Below, piece after piece: positions 37,543 to 51,487 of a stretch of 64,000 nt of DNA. Source of the stretch: Eledone cirrhosa (Eukaryota). The number at the start of each line of letters is the position of its first letter. The first letter of the stretch is position 1. The stretch spans positions 303,490,001 through 303,554,000 of the forward strand of contig OZ024740.1 in NCBI GenBank assembly GCA_964016885.1, read 5' to 3'. Position numbers and translations under genes: made by a program. The notes under the pieces were generated by a model. That model saw only the letters and a program-made list of their open reading frames with translations. It was not told where the DNA came from and ran no database searches.

Positions 37543-37960
37543 ACCCTGTAAGGGGGTCATGCTGGTGTCATGACAAAAAGCACCCAGTTCACTCTATAAG
37601 CTGGTCATGTGGGTACCACAACAAAAAGAGCACCCAGTCCATCCTGTAAGGTGGTCATACTGATCCATAAAAAAAAGCACCCGGTCAACCCTGTAAGATG
37701 TTTGTACCAGTGCCACAACAAAAAGTACCCAGTTCACCATGTTAGATGGTCATGCCGGTACCACACAAAAATGTACCCAATCCACTCTCTAAAGTGGTAG
37801 AGGTAGTGTCACAAGAAAAGCTTCCAGTCCACCATGTAAGTTAGTCATACTGATGCCACAACAAAAAGCATACAGCCCACCCTATAAAGTGGTAGAAGTG
37901 GTGTCATTAGAAAAGCTCCCAATATATGCTGTAATGTAGTTGGCATTAGGAAGGATAGAA
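37543..37960 (+). repeat. Degenerate ~48-bp tandem array derived from the RTE/SINE tail motif
   Basis: About 8 copies of CCCTGTAAGGTGGTCATGCTGGTG..ACAAAAAGCACCCAGTCCA. Confidence 0.65.
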
Positions 37961-39868
37961 AACCAAACCAAAATATAGATCTGTATGAGCAAGACATGAT
38001 AACCTGACATGACTAGCCTCATGATATGACAACTTGTCTAACTCATGGAAGATGGACATGAAAATGATGTAAACATTGAAAATGCTTTGTGGTATTTAGT
38101 TCTGTTTCGAATATTTCCCCTCAAGTTCAGTTGACTTTGCCTTTCTTTCTCCTCCAAAGTCAAGGAAATACACACCAGATATAGCAAACTAAAACCCTTG
38201 AAGATGGTATCCCAGGGTGCTGCCTCAGGATGACTGAAATTACTATAACAATTGAACTAATGATTAAGAAGTTTTCTTTTCTTTCAATCCTAAATTCTTT
38301 GGTTCAGTCCAACTGTGCAGCACCTTAAGCAAGAGTCTTCTACCATGTCAGGCCTTAAGAGTGAAATTAAGTTGACAGGAACTGTAACTGTGTGGAAGCT
38401 CAGTAGGTCTGTTTCTCTGATACACTGTGTCATACTAAGTCTACCTGAGTATTATATTGACTATAAGTGTTTGTAGAATATTTGGCCATTTACACCACAG
38501 GTCAATGAATTGGCATTTCCATTAACTGCACCACTGAATTATTCATACTCTCAGGTCTTGAATAATGCTTCCCCCCACATACACACCTGCTTATTAATTT
38601 TTCAGATCCTTCCTCCTGCTCAATAAATTTTATTTATCTATCTCGAGCGAAACTTTTTTAAGTGGTAACATTCATGCAAAATTAATTTTCTTTATACATT
38701 AAAAAACATTATACATGACAAAAAAAGAACATTACTAGAAATCCCATACGTTATAAAATAAATAGGATGGGTTGGAGGTCTCAATATGTAAAACAAATGA
38801 CTAATTCTTTTTTTTTTAAAATCAATAGAGACAATCTAGAAAAATTACTGAGCCCCCCCCCCCCCCCACCACCACTTATTCTGACACCTATTATTTGGTA
38901 CATTAAAATCAAGAGAACCAAGTAGCCTATGTCTCTTTCACATAAATGAACATATATACAACTCAACATACTTCCAACATAAAGTCATATTAAGTTCTTC
39001 ATCATCATCACCGTTTTACGTCCGTTCTTCCACGCTAGCATGGGTTAGACGGGTTGTCCTGTTGTGTGCAGTGTCTGGTTGGCTGACCATGCCTTGCTCA
39101 TACAGGAACTGATTTGGCTTGATTTCTACAGCTGGATGCCCTTCCTAACACCAACCTCATTTACAGTGAGTGCTGGGTGCTTTTTCGTGGCGCCTACACG
39201 TCCACTTTACAGTGTGGGCTGGGTGCTTTTTTGCCGTGGCACCTCCACGACCACCTTGCAGTGGGAGGGTGTGGGGGCATATTGTCTATATGCTTCAGCT
39301 TGTACCCATGGGAGGTCAGGTACTCTGTATTACTGCGTGACGCCAGAGGTCAGGTACTCTGTATTACTGCGTGACGCCAGAGGTCACGGTCGTGTGACAT
39401 CGCCTTGAAGAGGTGTATGGGTTTATTTTCACAACATAATTGAAGACCACACACACACGCTATCCATCATCATCATCATCATCATCATCTTCTCCTTCTT
39501 CTCCTCCTCTTTCCTAAGAGGGTCATGGGGGCAGTGTCCTCAAACACTCCTTCCAGTGGGTCCTGTCAGAAGCAATCATTTCCAACTGATCTGGCTGGAT
39601 CCCCAAGCGAGACCAACTGAGCTCATGGATGTTATCCAACCATCTTGTTAGGGGTCCACCCCTAGGTATACTGCCATTTGGTTTTGCCCTCTTTGTGTGT
39701 CTGTCCCACCCACCCCTCCCAGAACAGGCCACAGGCCCATCGCTAGTTTTTCCAGCATGAAATGGAGACTGCGATATATTTTTCATACAGGTCCCTCTAC
39801 CTAAGGAGTCTTATTTCTGTCTTATTTGATGATACATATTATAATTGTTAATATTTAATATTCTGCAG

Positions 39869-40033
39869 GTTTTTGAAACACAACAAGAATATGACAGCCA
39901 GTTACATAAACTCCAAGAACAACTTTCGAAATATGAAAAGGAATCCAGCCAGCATCATGAGGTTCTGTCCCTCACCGTTCAGAAAGGAAAATCAGAAGTT
40001 GAAAAACTACAACAAGATAAAGCCATGATGGAG
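39869..40033 (+). CDS. PPP1R21: PPP1R21 coding exon 5
   Basis: VFETQQEYDSQLHKLQEQLSKYEKESSQHHEVLSLTVQKGKSEVEKLQQDKAMME; CAG/GTGATG. Confidence 0.92.
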
Positions 40034-41660
40034 GTGATGTGATATTTGTTATTGTAGTCATCTCATTTCTCTTTTTCAATTATCATTATTTTAAATTCAT
40101 TTTTTGTTCTTTCTGTTTTCATGTGAAGGTTGGGTGGATCTAGAATACAGCATATCTCCAATGATCTCAATCCTTGTGGTATCCATAGTTTTCAGGTCTT
40201 TTATTTAACTACTTCATCCCAAGTCCTCTTTTATAGTCTGCTTCTTCCATATATGTTTTCCAACACCAACTCACATCTTTACAACATTTGTACCCAGTCT
40301 GTTTCTGAAAGGAAACAGTTATGTAATGAATCATACTTATTCATCTCCAATTGCTGCTAGATTTTTTATTTCAGTGTTCAGCTTTCACTTCCTTACAAGA
40401 ATCTTTGTGCATATACACAGTAATCTCTGGGTTAAAACTACAAGAGCTCAGAAAACCCAGGTGTTCTGGCATTAAATGGCAATGTAGTCAATGCACAGAA
40501 GTAGCTGTTGTATATCTTTTGCTGATTTAGGTTAGTCCTAATGAAGCAGACCTATGATCAAATGAGTTCAGTCTTTTTTTTCTAACTCTTCCTTCATTAT
40601 TTTAAGACAGTGAGTTCAAATCTCTTTACGGGATCAATAAAATAAAGTACCAGTCATGCACTTGGGTTGATTTAATTGTCTTTCCCCTCCGCCAAATTGC
40701 TGGCCTTTTGCTTATAGTAGAAATCAATATTTTAAGACAGAATATGATGTGAATGAGATTTGGCTGCTATTTCTAGCAAATGGAACAACTATATAAGGCT
40801 TTTTTGTTGTTGTCTTGTTAACTATCTAGTTTTAACAACTGATGTCTCTGACTATATGTTGTTGGTATTACAGTATGTGAATGAGAAGACTGAAACACTA
40901 ATGTACTAGATATTACAGTATTAAGTTTTGTCCTTTTCAGTTCTGTTTTCAAATTCTACCAAGTTTAGCTCAACCTTTCATCCTTCCATGAAACAGTATG
41001 TGAATAATAGCAATACTCTAAGATTGATTTGATTGTACATATGTTTCTTATACAAAAATTGATATTATGCTTATTTAGGCAGCAAACAGCAGATTGCTTT
41101 AGCAATGGAAAGACCAATGGAAAGATGGTTTTCTTTGTCCTATCTGATGATAAACTCCTTTTCTTTCCTTTCTTTTTATATTAAAAATCTGAATTATAGA
41201 TTTATATATGCTCTGAGAGGCAGTGAATTAGCAGTCATTAAAATGTCAGATAGAATGCTTTGTGGTATTTGTTTCAGCTCTCTGCTCTCTTAGTTCAAAA
41301 CTTGCTACGGTCAACTTTGCCTTTCATCCTTTTCAGGTCGATAAAAAAAAGTATCAGTCTAGTTCTGGGGTCAATTCTTCCTCTATATTTCTCTCTTACT
41401 TCCATTCTCTCACTCTCTATCTTCCCCTGGAAGAAATCTGCTATATTCAGACCTGCCGAAGTAGGCTCCATCAGGTTTAAAATTGCCCTAGAAATGGCAT
41501 ATGTAAATATGGTGCCCCTATGACTCCCTCAGGAGTTACAGGAGAAAGAAAAGAAAAGAAATATTCTCTGAACCTTCCTTATACCATATAGAAGAGATTT
41601 AAAGTACCATTTAATGAATACATTTCAGCAACATTTATATGACTTTTATATGATTTTCAG

Positions 41661-41719
41661 GTGAAAATTCAAACGCAGCAGGGTCAAATTCGGGAATATA
41701 AAAATCAAGCTGATAGAAT
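41661..41719 (+). CDS. PPP1R21: PPP1R21 coding exon 6
   Basis: VKIQTQQGQIREYKNQADR plus AT; CAG/GTAAGT; phase 2 matches exon 7. Confidence 0.88.
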
Positions 41720-42120
41720 GTAAGTACAAATGTGTGAATAATATTTGATAAAATATGACTTTCTTTTAGTTATATATAAAGCAATGTTTTGGTGAGTGGA
41801 GGCATTTGTATTGTTCATGCTTTGTTTATATGTATGTGTGCATATATATACATACACACAGACATATATATCAACATCATCGTCGTTTTTACATCTTTTT
41901 TCCATGCTTGTATGGATCACATCAGACCACATCAGATTAGGATGATGAAGGGTGATACCCAGAAACATTACTGTCTGCAGTTCTGTGTACATACCAACAT
42001 AAGAGCAAGAATGAGGGGCTCATTCTACTGACATGGTTTTAAAAATGAGGCTTGTTTGCATAATTGCAAACGAATCGAATATTATTATTAATATTCGAAA
42101 AACTCAGATTACATATATTG

Positions 42121-42161
<41 letters not shown>

Positions 42162-42469
42162 GTTTAACGTCCATATTCCACGCTTGCATGGGTTTGGACG
42201 GGAGTTTTCCCACTTGAGGAAAGAGTGGTTGTCTTGCTCGCATAGGACTGTCTGGCGGGTTTTCTACGGCTGGATGCCCTTCCTAACGCCAACCACATTT
42301 ACAGTGTGGAACTGGGAGGTTTTTACCGTGTTACCTACACGGCCACATTACAGCGTGGACTGTGTGTTCTTTTGTCGTGACACCTACACGACCTCATTTG
42401 TTTCGGACTGGATGTTGTGGTACCAACATAACTTTACATTGAAAGGGGTGGTGTGGATGGGGTGGAGGT

Positions 42470-44608
42470 AGTAGGGACTGCTTGGCACTATAAAAGACAG
42501 ATTCTATGAGACACTGATGCTCACTACCTCCCAAATAACCGATAGTGACTATATAATTATTGCTGGTGACCTAAATGGTCACATTGGACAACATTGTGAC
42601 GGCTATGACGGAATCCACGGAGGCTATGGGTTTGGTACTAGAAATGAGGAAGGCTCCAGAATCCTGGAATTCTGTGACGCAAATAACCTAACTATCTGTA
42701 ACACTAACTTCAAAAAACGAGACAATCACTTGATCACCTACAGATCAGGGGAACATACCAGCCAGGTAGATTATATCCTTACCAGAAGATGTGACAGAGT
42801 GTCTGTTGCAAACACTTTATCCCTCCCCCATGAAGAATGCACCTCCCAACATAGACTGATAATTAGCGACCTCATAGTCAGGATGCGACGTACTCGACAG
42901 CAGAAGAGGATTATCCTCAGGAGAAAAATATGTAAGCTAAAGGACCCCACAGCCAGAAATAAATTTAAAAGCATATTACTTGATGCTTTTGACAGTAAGG
43001 AAGAGCTTTTAGAGTCGTACAATATAGAGGAACAGTGGGAATTCCTGAAAGCAAACCTGCTAATGGCGGCAGACGAAGTCTGTGGCTGGAGCATGCCTAT
43101 AGGCAGGAGGAGAGTAACATGGTGGTGGAACAGTAAGGTGGAGGAGTCAATTAAGGCCAAAAAGCAGGCTTGGAAAGTATGGCGGGATGGGGGGAAGTAG
43201 AGAAGACTATCAAGTGGCCAGGAGGGAAGCTAGGAGACAAGTGTACTTCGCAAGAAGGGAAGCAGAGGAAAGAAAGTTCAAGCATGTTTTACAACGCGAG
43301 GACCAAAAACGTGAGGTGTTCAGGATTGCTAGGCAATGTGTCAAGGAAAACCGTGATATTGTCGGGGAGAAGTGTGTCCTTAATGATGATGGTGTACTTG
43401 CCATCACTGACGCTGATAAGAAGGTAGCTTGGAAGTATCACTACGAAAGGCGAATAAATGGGAGAAAGACAGTCTCCCCCACATCGACCCAATAGAAGGA
43501 CCAGCAGTGTTAGTCAAAGGTAGTATAATAAGTAAGGCAATCAAAGATATGAAGACGGGTAAGGCGGCTGGGCCTTCGGAAATAGTTGCTGAAATGCTGA
43601 AAGCTTCTGGAACGGTGGGACACACCATGTTCACCCGGATAGTAAACCAAGTCATACAGAATGGGGTCGTTCCGAAGGACTGGCGTAGCAGCATCATCAT
43701 TAACTGCTACAAGGGTAAAGGAGATGCCCTAAATAGGAGTAACTATAGAGGCATTAAATTAATCGACCAGGTCATGAAGGTCACAGAAAAAGTAATAGCG
43801 CAACTAATCAGAGAGAGAATTGATCTAGATGAAATGCAGTTCGGGTTTGTGTCAGGTAAAAGTACCACAGACGCTCTTTTCATTGTACGACAACTACAGG
43901 AGATGTACCTAGCTAAAAGTAAACCTCTATACTTAGCTTTTGTCGACTTGGAGAAAGCCTTCGACAGAGTCCCCCATTCCATTATCTGGTGGGCTCTTAG
44001 AAAACTAGGTGTTGATGAATGGCTTGTGAGAGCTATACAAGCCATGTATAAAGAAACAGTCAGCAAGGTTAGAATTAACAACGAATATAGTGAAGAGTTT
44101 AGCGTAAAAGTTGGTGTTCATCAGGGCTCCGTTCTTAGCCCCCTACTATTTATTATTGCCCTTCAGGCTATAACAGTGGAGTTCAAGACTGGCTGCCCAT
44201 GGGAACTCCTATACGCAGATGATCTAACGCTCATAGCTGAATCAATGGCCGAACTAGAGTAGAAATTCCAAACATGGAAGCATGGCCTAGAATCAAAAGG
44301 CCTTAAAATCAACCTGTCTAAGACTAAAGTTCTAGTTTGGTAGAAGGAAAATAGGGTGCCGGTCCCATCCGGGAAATGACCATGCTCAGTGTGTAGGAAA
44401 GGAGTAGGTAGAAACTCCATTTTATGTCCCAAATGCAAAGTATGGGTGCATAAAAGATGTAGGCACCATGGAAAAAAAGCACCCAGCACTCACTGTAAAT
44501 GAGGTTGGTGTTAGGAAGGGCATCCAGCTGTAGAAATCAAGCCAGAATCAGTTTCCGTCCCACCCTTGCAAGCAGGGAAAAGCGGACGTAAAATGATGAT
44601 GATGATGA
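42470..44608 (+). mobile_element. RTE-clade LINE, 5'-truncated, frameshifted (APE endonuclease C-terminal half plus RT)
   Basis: ORFs 42517-43200 (IAGDLNGHIG, QVDYIL, SQHRL), 43187-43495 and 43429-44262 (FVDLEKAFDRV, GVHQGSVLSPLLF, LYADD). Then C..C..C..C..WVHKRC and a deletion into the (TGA)n tail. An opposite-strand tail fragment lies at 42121-42460. Confidence 0.92.
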
Positions 44609-44830
44609 TATATATATGTGTGTGTGTGTGTATATATATATATCAGATATAATATATTCTTCACCATAAAAGAGAATGATGTGCAATAAGACATTGCAAA
44701 CATCAATTTTGTTTTAAACAGGCAAAGAAATATAAGAACACAGAGAAAAAAAAAAAATAACTGAAATTCTATTTGTAGTGAATCATAATCTTCAAACCTT
44801 TCTCTTTCTCTACTTTTTCGCAAACTTTAG

Positions 44831-44925
44831 TGAAGACCATCTCCGTGATGTTCAGCAACATTTAACTCAGAAACTCAATAATGCCACCAAAGTAATAGAA
44901 AGTAATCTTCCATTCATTGACTCTA
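44831..44925 (+). CDS. PPP1R21: PPP1R21 coding exon 7
   Basis: EDHLRDVQQHLTQKLNNATKVIESNLPFIDS; TAG/GTAAGT. Confidence 0.9.
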
Positions 44926-45415
44926 GTAAGTACACAAATCACCAGTATTTTTCACTACTATTTTATTGTTGTTTCAATGACATTTGGTCTTAAGTTACTC
45001 AAGAATTATAGTTTATCAAAATCCTTAGCATCATCATCATCATCAGCCTCATCATCATCATCGTCATCATCATTTAATGTATGTTTTCCCTGCTAGTAAT
45101 GGTTGGAGAGGTCATCGCAGTCAGTACTTGATCAGAGCCACTGATCTCTCAGATGGGGAGGGAACTATATGTTATTTGAATCAATCCGATGGATTCACTG
45201 AAATACGTCTCACCAATTTTACAGTATATAATTCTCATCATCTGTTTACTACACTCTATAAAGTAGTTGGTGTTAGGAAGAGCTTCCAGCCATAGACACC
45301 ATGCCAAAAAGAGTTGAGAGGATATTTCAGTCACAACACAACAACCCCTCTAGTGCTGGTGCTATGAAAAAGGCTCCCAATACACTCTGTAAAATGGTTG
45401 TTGATAGGAAGGACT

Positions 45416-45760
45416 GGAGGCACATGGCTTAGTGGTTAGAGCATTGGCTTTGCAATCGAAAGGTTGTGAGTTCAATTCTCAGACCGTGTGATGTGTTGTT
45501 TCCTTGAGCAAGACACTTTATTTCACATTGCTCCAGTTTACTCAGCTGTAGAAATGAGATGATAGGGACTGGGGTCCATATCATTCCACTGCAAAGTGGT
45601 CATGGAGGTGCCATGGCAAAAAAGCACCCAGCACTCACTGTAAATGAGGTTGGTGTTAGGAAGGGCATCCAGCTGTAGAAATCAAGCCAGAATCAGTTCC
45701 CCGTCCCACCCTTGCAAGCAGGGAAAAACGGATGTAAAAATGATGATGATGATGATGATG
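45416..45760 (+). mobile_element. Full-length tRNA-headed SINE with RTE tail
   Basis: A-box-like TGGCTTAGTGG, B-box-like GAGTTCAATTC, CORE-like body, tail shared with the LINE at 44460-44608. Confidence 0.85.
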
Positions 45761-46181
45761 TAGAAACTATCCCAAAAGGGTTGAGATGACTCTTCAGTTA
45801 TGTTCAGGGCACAATAACCTCTTTAATGTTGGTGACAGAATAAAATGCACTCAGTACACTCTGTAAAGTGGTTGGTGATAAGATCATTCATCTGTAGAAA
45901 ACTGGCTCAGCAAAAGGTTGTAAGGACTCTTTAGTTGTGTCCAGGGTACAATAACCTCTCCAGTTTTGGTGACACAATAAAATGCACTCAGTACACTCTA
46001 TAAAGTGGTTGGTGATAGGAAGATCATCCATCTGTAGAAAAATGACTAAACAAGGAGTTGAGAGGACTCTTTAGCTGTGTCAAATAAAAAGTTCATTCTT
46101 ATATGCTATTATGGTAATATCTATCACATTATTATTGCCTTTTGTTTGTAGACTTCTGCTAAGCTCCTTTTCTCTTTTCAG

Positions 46182-46387
46182 GTATAGCAGAGTACAACAG
46201 CTTAAATTTACCAACACATGACAGAAAATATCAACTGCAGGCCCGTGAACTAATGTCTCAAGCTGTTAGCATTGTCAGTGTCTTTACCCAGGCTTTTGCA
46301 AACTTCTGCTCTTATTCAGAACAACGTGCTCACAGCATATCTTCAATGGAAGCACATGATCACCCACTTTCAGTTATCAATAAAAAG
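46182..46387 (+). CDS. PPP1R21: PPP1R21 coding exon 8
   Basis: IAEYNSLNLPTHDRKYQLQARELMSQAVSIVSVFTQAFANFCSYSEQRAHSISSMEAHDHPLSVINKK; CAG/GTTGGA. Confidence 0.92.
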
Positions 46388-48234
46388 GTTGGACAAATCT
46401 TTTCATCTTTTCTAATGATTTAAAAATGCTAAGTCACTCTGACTGGCGAGTTTTATTGAACTTATCATAAGTTTAATTATATTGAAAAAATATAGAATCC
46501 AGCCATCTATACATCTGTTTTTCTCTGAAAGTGAGGGTTAGCTCTTAACATCCTGTACCACAAGAAACCCCATTCTTCAAAAGTACAAAACAGCACTATG
46601 ATTGTATCACATGAAACATTAAAATCTTTAATTTGCTGCAAATTCTTTTCAATGGTCTGTCCACTAGGAAAGATACTACAAATGTATGAACTAATAAACT
46701 TGTTTTTAGATATTTTCTACTAAATCATTACAGGATGTTAAAAGTAAGCAATTAAGAAGTTTTTAGAAGATCCACTCAGTTATATTTTAGTCTACTATTT
46801 GTGATACATATTTTATTTTGTTATTTAACCCTTTAACATCTACATTACTCTATATTTACTATTGAATTGTCATGGTAAAGGTTTTACCTCACATAATTAT
46901 CTTACATAATATTGAATATATGAGATTTAGATATCTATTTTGAGAACAATATCTTAAAATCAGCATGAGTGGCCGGTTACAGCTGGTTTGAACAGAAAGA
47001 GGTGAGAGAATTCTGGCCGGATATGGCTGGTTTAAATGCTAAAGGATTAAACAATGTTGCTATTGTTTAGTTGTGAGTTAACCCTGATTGTAATGAATTA
47101 GTTATGATAAGTGGAAAACTCTATTCTTTGTGTACCAACAATATGAAGTTGCACCAACAAATTTGAGTTGTAGCTTGTTTGAGAACCAGTCAATGACATG
47201 CCTATATTTTGCCTTCAGAATCAACAGTAACATTGTCAGACAATTTGTTATACGTGACAAAAAATGAACATTACTAGAAATCCCATATGTTAAAAAATAA
47301 ATAGGATGGGTTGGGGGTCTCAATATGTAAACTAAATGAATAATTCTGGTTTTTAAAAAAATCAAGGGAGACAAACGAGAAAAATTACCACTTATTTTAA
47401 CACCCCCCCCCCCCCATTTATTCCAACACTCCTGCTTATTCCAATCCCCTCCCTATTATTTGGGACCCAAGAGTACATTGACATACATATGCAGTTAGTT
47501 TACATTTTAAACTTTCTTTCTTCATTATCTCTATTTTACTATTATCTAAATATATTTAAATAAAATCTTAAGGAAAATAATTGTTTCTACTTTTGGCACA
47601 AGGCCAGCAATTACCCAGTGCATTACTGGTACTTTATTTTATCGAACCCGTAACGATGAAAAGCAAAGTTAACCTCAGCGGGATTTGAACTCAGAATGGC
47701 AAGGGCCGTAACTCTATGCGTCAAAGCATGGCATCCGACCTTTTACCGATACTGCCAATCCACTGCCCTATCTTAAGGAAAATAATCTTATGAGATGAGC
47801 TGCTGTTGGTTTCGATGATGAGTGTTCCAGTTGTTCAATCAACAGAGCAGCCTGTTTGTGCAATTAATGATCAAATGACTGAGCATTCCATGAACATGTG
47901 TATTCTTAACCGTCTGAGCGCTCTAGGCGCATTATGTTGCTGATAGAGTAATCTCCCCTTAATTCATGTCAATGTCAAAGGAAGCAATTCATAAAAAAAT
48001 TTGTAGAGAGATTCAGTATGACACAGTGTGTGAAAAGGCTGGCTCTTTGAATTACAAGTACAGTCCATTTAACGGTATTCCAGACAGTTTCCATCTACCC
48101 AATTTCAATCACAAGGCATGGGTTGACCCAAGACTATGGTAAATGACATTTATTCAAGATACTACACAGTGGGATCAAACCTGGAACCTAATCATTACGA
48201 AGCAAACTTCTTAACCATTTGGCCATGTTGAGTC

Positions 48235-48578
48235 ATCATCATTTCATCATTTCATTTTACGCCCACTTTTCCCTGCTTGCAAGGGTGGGACAGGAACTGA
48301 TTCTGGCTTGATTTCTACAGCTGGATGCCCTTCCTAACACCAACCTCATTCACAGTGAGTGCTGGGTGCTTTTTTTGCCATGGCACCTCCATGACCACTT
48401 TGCAGTGGAATGATAGGGACCCCAGTCCCTATCATCTCATTTCTACAGCTGAGTAAACTGGAGCAATGTGAAATAAAGTGTCTTGCTCAAGGAAACAACA
48501 CATCACCCGGTCTGAGGATTGAACTCACAACCTTTCGATTGAAAGGCCTATGCTCTAACCACTAAGCCATGTGCCTCC
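48235..48578 (-). mobile_element. Full-length tRNA-headed SINE with RTE tail (inverted relative to the 45416 copy)
   Basis: Reverse complement of 45416-45760 with few mismatches. Confidence 0.85.
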
Positions 48579-49081
48579 AAAATAATAATAATAATAATGG
48601 TTTCTGATTAAGGAACCAGGCCAATAATTTTGGGGGAGGGGAAAGTCAATTAAATTGATCATAGTGCATGACTGGTACTTTATTTTATTGATCCTATAAG
48701 GATGAAAGGCAAAGTTAACCTTGATGGGATTTGAACTCAGAACATAAAGTACCATAACTATATACCGCAAAGCATGTTGTTCGATAATCTTCCGATAATA
48801 ATCTTAAAAGGTTTGCTAAATTTTATTTTTATTAATTATGTCCTTGTTATTACATAACTATTGAAGTTTCATTAAACTAAATATACAAACGTTAGGATGT
48901 TTTGTAAATGAAATTAGTAGTATTGATATTTTAACTCAGAAAAAAGCTTCTGATCAACTTTGAAGGTAACTAAATTTATTTTCTAATTTGTCCACCACTT
49001 GTGTGGATAGTTTCAGAGAAATTATTTAAGAAAAATCTTTTTGCAAATATTATTTATTTTGAAATTCATTTTTCTATCTAG

Positions 49082-49183
49082 TATGCTCACTATCTGTTCG
49101 AGAGTGCCCCATACTTTAAAAGACTGGAGAAATCTCTAAGAGAGTTCAATGAAGAAGTTGGAGAAAATTGTTTTACAACATTG
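49082..49183 (+). CDS. PPP1R21: PPP1R21 coding exon 9
   Basis: YAHYLFESAPYFKRLEKSLREFNEEVGENCFTTL; TAG/GTAAGT. Confidence 0.9.
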
Positions 49184-49829
49184 GTAAGTAGAATGGAATT
49201 TCTTTTCTTCTTTCTTTTACTATCTCACTCATTCTCAGTTCAGTTGTAGTAGTGTTGATATATAACCCAGTCTCAGTCCAGTTGTATTGTTGATCTATAA
49301 CCTAGTCTCAATGTATGTATGGTCCCATAACTCCTGATAGAGACATAGGGGTGCCGTATTGACATATAGCGTTTCTTGTGAATTTTAAGCCTGACGGAGC
49401 CTATCCCTCTCCAGGCCTGAGTACAGCAGATTTCTTCCAGAGAGAGAAAGAATTGACCCCAGTACTAGACTTGTACGTTTTTTATCGACCTCGAAAGGAT
49501 GAAAGGCAAAGTTGACCTCAGTGGGATATGAACTCAGAGAGCAGAGAGCCAGAATGAATACCATAAAGCATTCTATCCGATGTTCTAACGACTCTGTCAA
49601 TTTGCTGCCAATACAGTTGTTGTATTGTTAATCGATAACCTAGTCTCAATCCAGTTGTATTGTAGTTCCATAACCTAGTCTTAATTATTAATTAGAATAG
49701 TTTCACAAGAATATTTCTTCTTTAATTTTATAAAGTTTTAAATTAAAATATTTTAATCAAGAAATTAAAAATTTCTAATATTTAAAATTAGTTATTTAAA
49801 AAACTGCCATTTTTCCTGTACTTTTGTAG

Positions 49830-49918
49830 GAAACTGCTGTTGGCCTTCAGCCTTTTGCCAAAGCATTCCATTTAGCTGCTGCTTATTTGAATAAATTGCT
49901 ACCATACCAACTAGAAAG
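49830..49918 (+). CDS. PPP1R21: PPP1R21 coding exon 10
   Basis: ETAVGLQPFAKAFHLAAAYLNKLLPYQLE plus AG; TAG/GTTAGA. Confidence 0.9.
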
Positions 49919-50898
49919 GTTAGAAAGACTTGATGGAGTTTATTGTTTTTATTATTTTCATTTTCTTTGCTTGTTACTGTTGTTTGCTGCCTACTGGGCT
50001 AAATACTCTCGGGTCCCAAATGATGGGGGGGGGGGGGAGTAAGCGGGGAGGTTGGAAAATCAGTAATTTTTCCAGGTTGTTTTTGTTGATTTTTTAAAAA
50101 CCAGAATTAGTCGTTTAGTTTACATATTGAGACCCCAATTTTATAACGTATGGGATTTCTTGTAATGTTCTTTTTTTTTTGTCATGTATAATGTTTTTTA
50201 ATGTAAGAAAATTAATTGACTTGGTTTCTACAGCTAGGTGCCCTTCCTAACATCAACCACGTTTACATTGTAGATACCAAGCCAAAATACAGCTCTGCAT
50301 AAGCATAACATGGTCACCTGACCCGAATTGTCTCATAATGTGACAACCTGTCTAACCCATGCAAATGTGGAAAATGGATGTTAAACAATGATGACGATGC
50401 ACACAGTGTGTGTTGAATACACACACAAACACATACATATGTATCAATTCCACCACATCATATATACATGTAAATAAGACCGTTATTGCACTAATCTGTC
50501 TAATCACTCTCAGAAAATACCCTAAACTGAACACTAACCTGTACCGATGACTCCTGCCAAACAAACCGTATTCACCCTCCAAATTCATCAAATCATGCGT
50601 GGACCACCCATTCTCCCAGATCCAGCTTATGCAACCAGACCTTAGTAGCCACACAGTAGGGATGACAGACATTATCAAGCTGCAGCTATCATATTATGTA
50701 GTTTATGTAGGCAAGGCTGAATGGCTGGGAAGATTGCTTCGTAATCATATGATATCAGACTTGATCCCATGCATGGTACCTTGGGCAAGTCTCTAATTTA
50801 ACGAAAGCCTTATGAAGGAAATTTGATTGGCAAGAATCTACATCATGTTCATTCAGCCTGAATGAAATACTCAGCTATTTACACTAAAATTCTATAAG

Positions 50899-51237
50899 TA
50901 CCGTATTTCCCAGCATTGAAGACGCTATTTTTTTCCTAAAATAAGCCTCAAAAATCTGCCATGTGTCCTGGAAGCCAAAGGTTGCATTTCTCATAGGCAT
51001 ATCCTAACCCCAGAAGAAAATTATCTCAGCTAGACAGTAATTTAAACTCTTGTATATGACCTTTCAATGAAGTGTATAAATTATACTTAGTTAAAGTAGT
51101 AAAGAAACAAAATATCATAAAAAATTAGGTCATAAGACCTGAAGTGCCAGGACCTTATTTTTATGTCTATTATTGTTTTTCTAATTTTTGGTTGTCAAAA
51201 TTGGGGTGCATCCTTAACAATGGGAGAAAAAATGGTA
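50899..51237. mobile_element. pogo/Tigger-like MITE
   Basis: TA-CCGTATTTCCC at the left end and degenerate ..AAAAATGG-TA at the right end. Confidence 0.5.
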
Positions 51238-51350
51238 GTTAGTTCTGTAGATTGAACCACTGAAATACTCATAATCGAAAGTGATCTATTTACTATGTGT
51301 CTCCGTGACAGTAAGACTTCTAATTTAATATTCTTATCTGATTTCTATAG

Positions 51351-51487
51351 TCTTCACCAAGAATGTGCCCTGTCAACATGTACTACGATGCTAGAAGCTA
51401 AAAATAAAGACTTAAGTCAGTCCTACCAGAAACTAAATGCTGTGATAAACAGACTTGATACTTATATCAATATATTGGGAGTTCAAA
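51351..51487 (+). CDS. PPP1R21: PPP1R21 coding exon 11
   Basis: LHQECALSTCTTMLEAKNKDLSQSYQKLNAVINRLDTYINILGVQ; TAG/GTGAGT. Confidence 0.92.

Noticed and set aside
45416-45490. tRNA gene
   Set aside because: It is the tRNA-derived head of a multi-copy SINE, with no complete acceptor stem.
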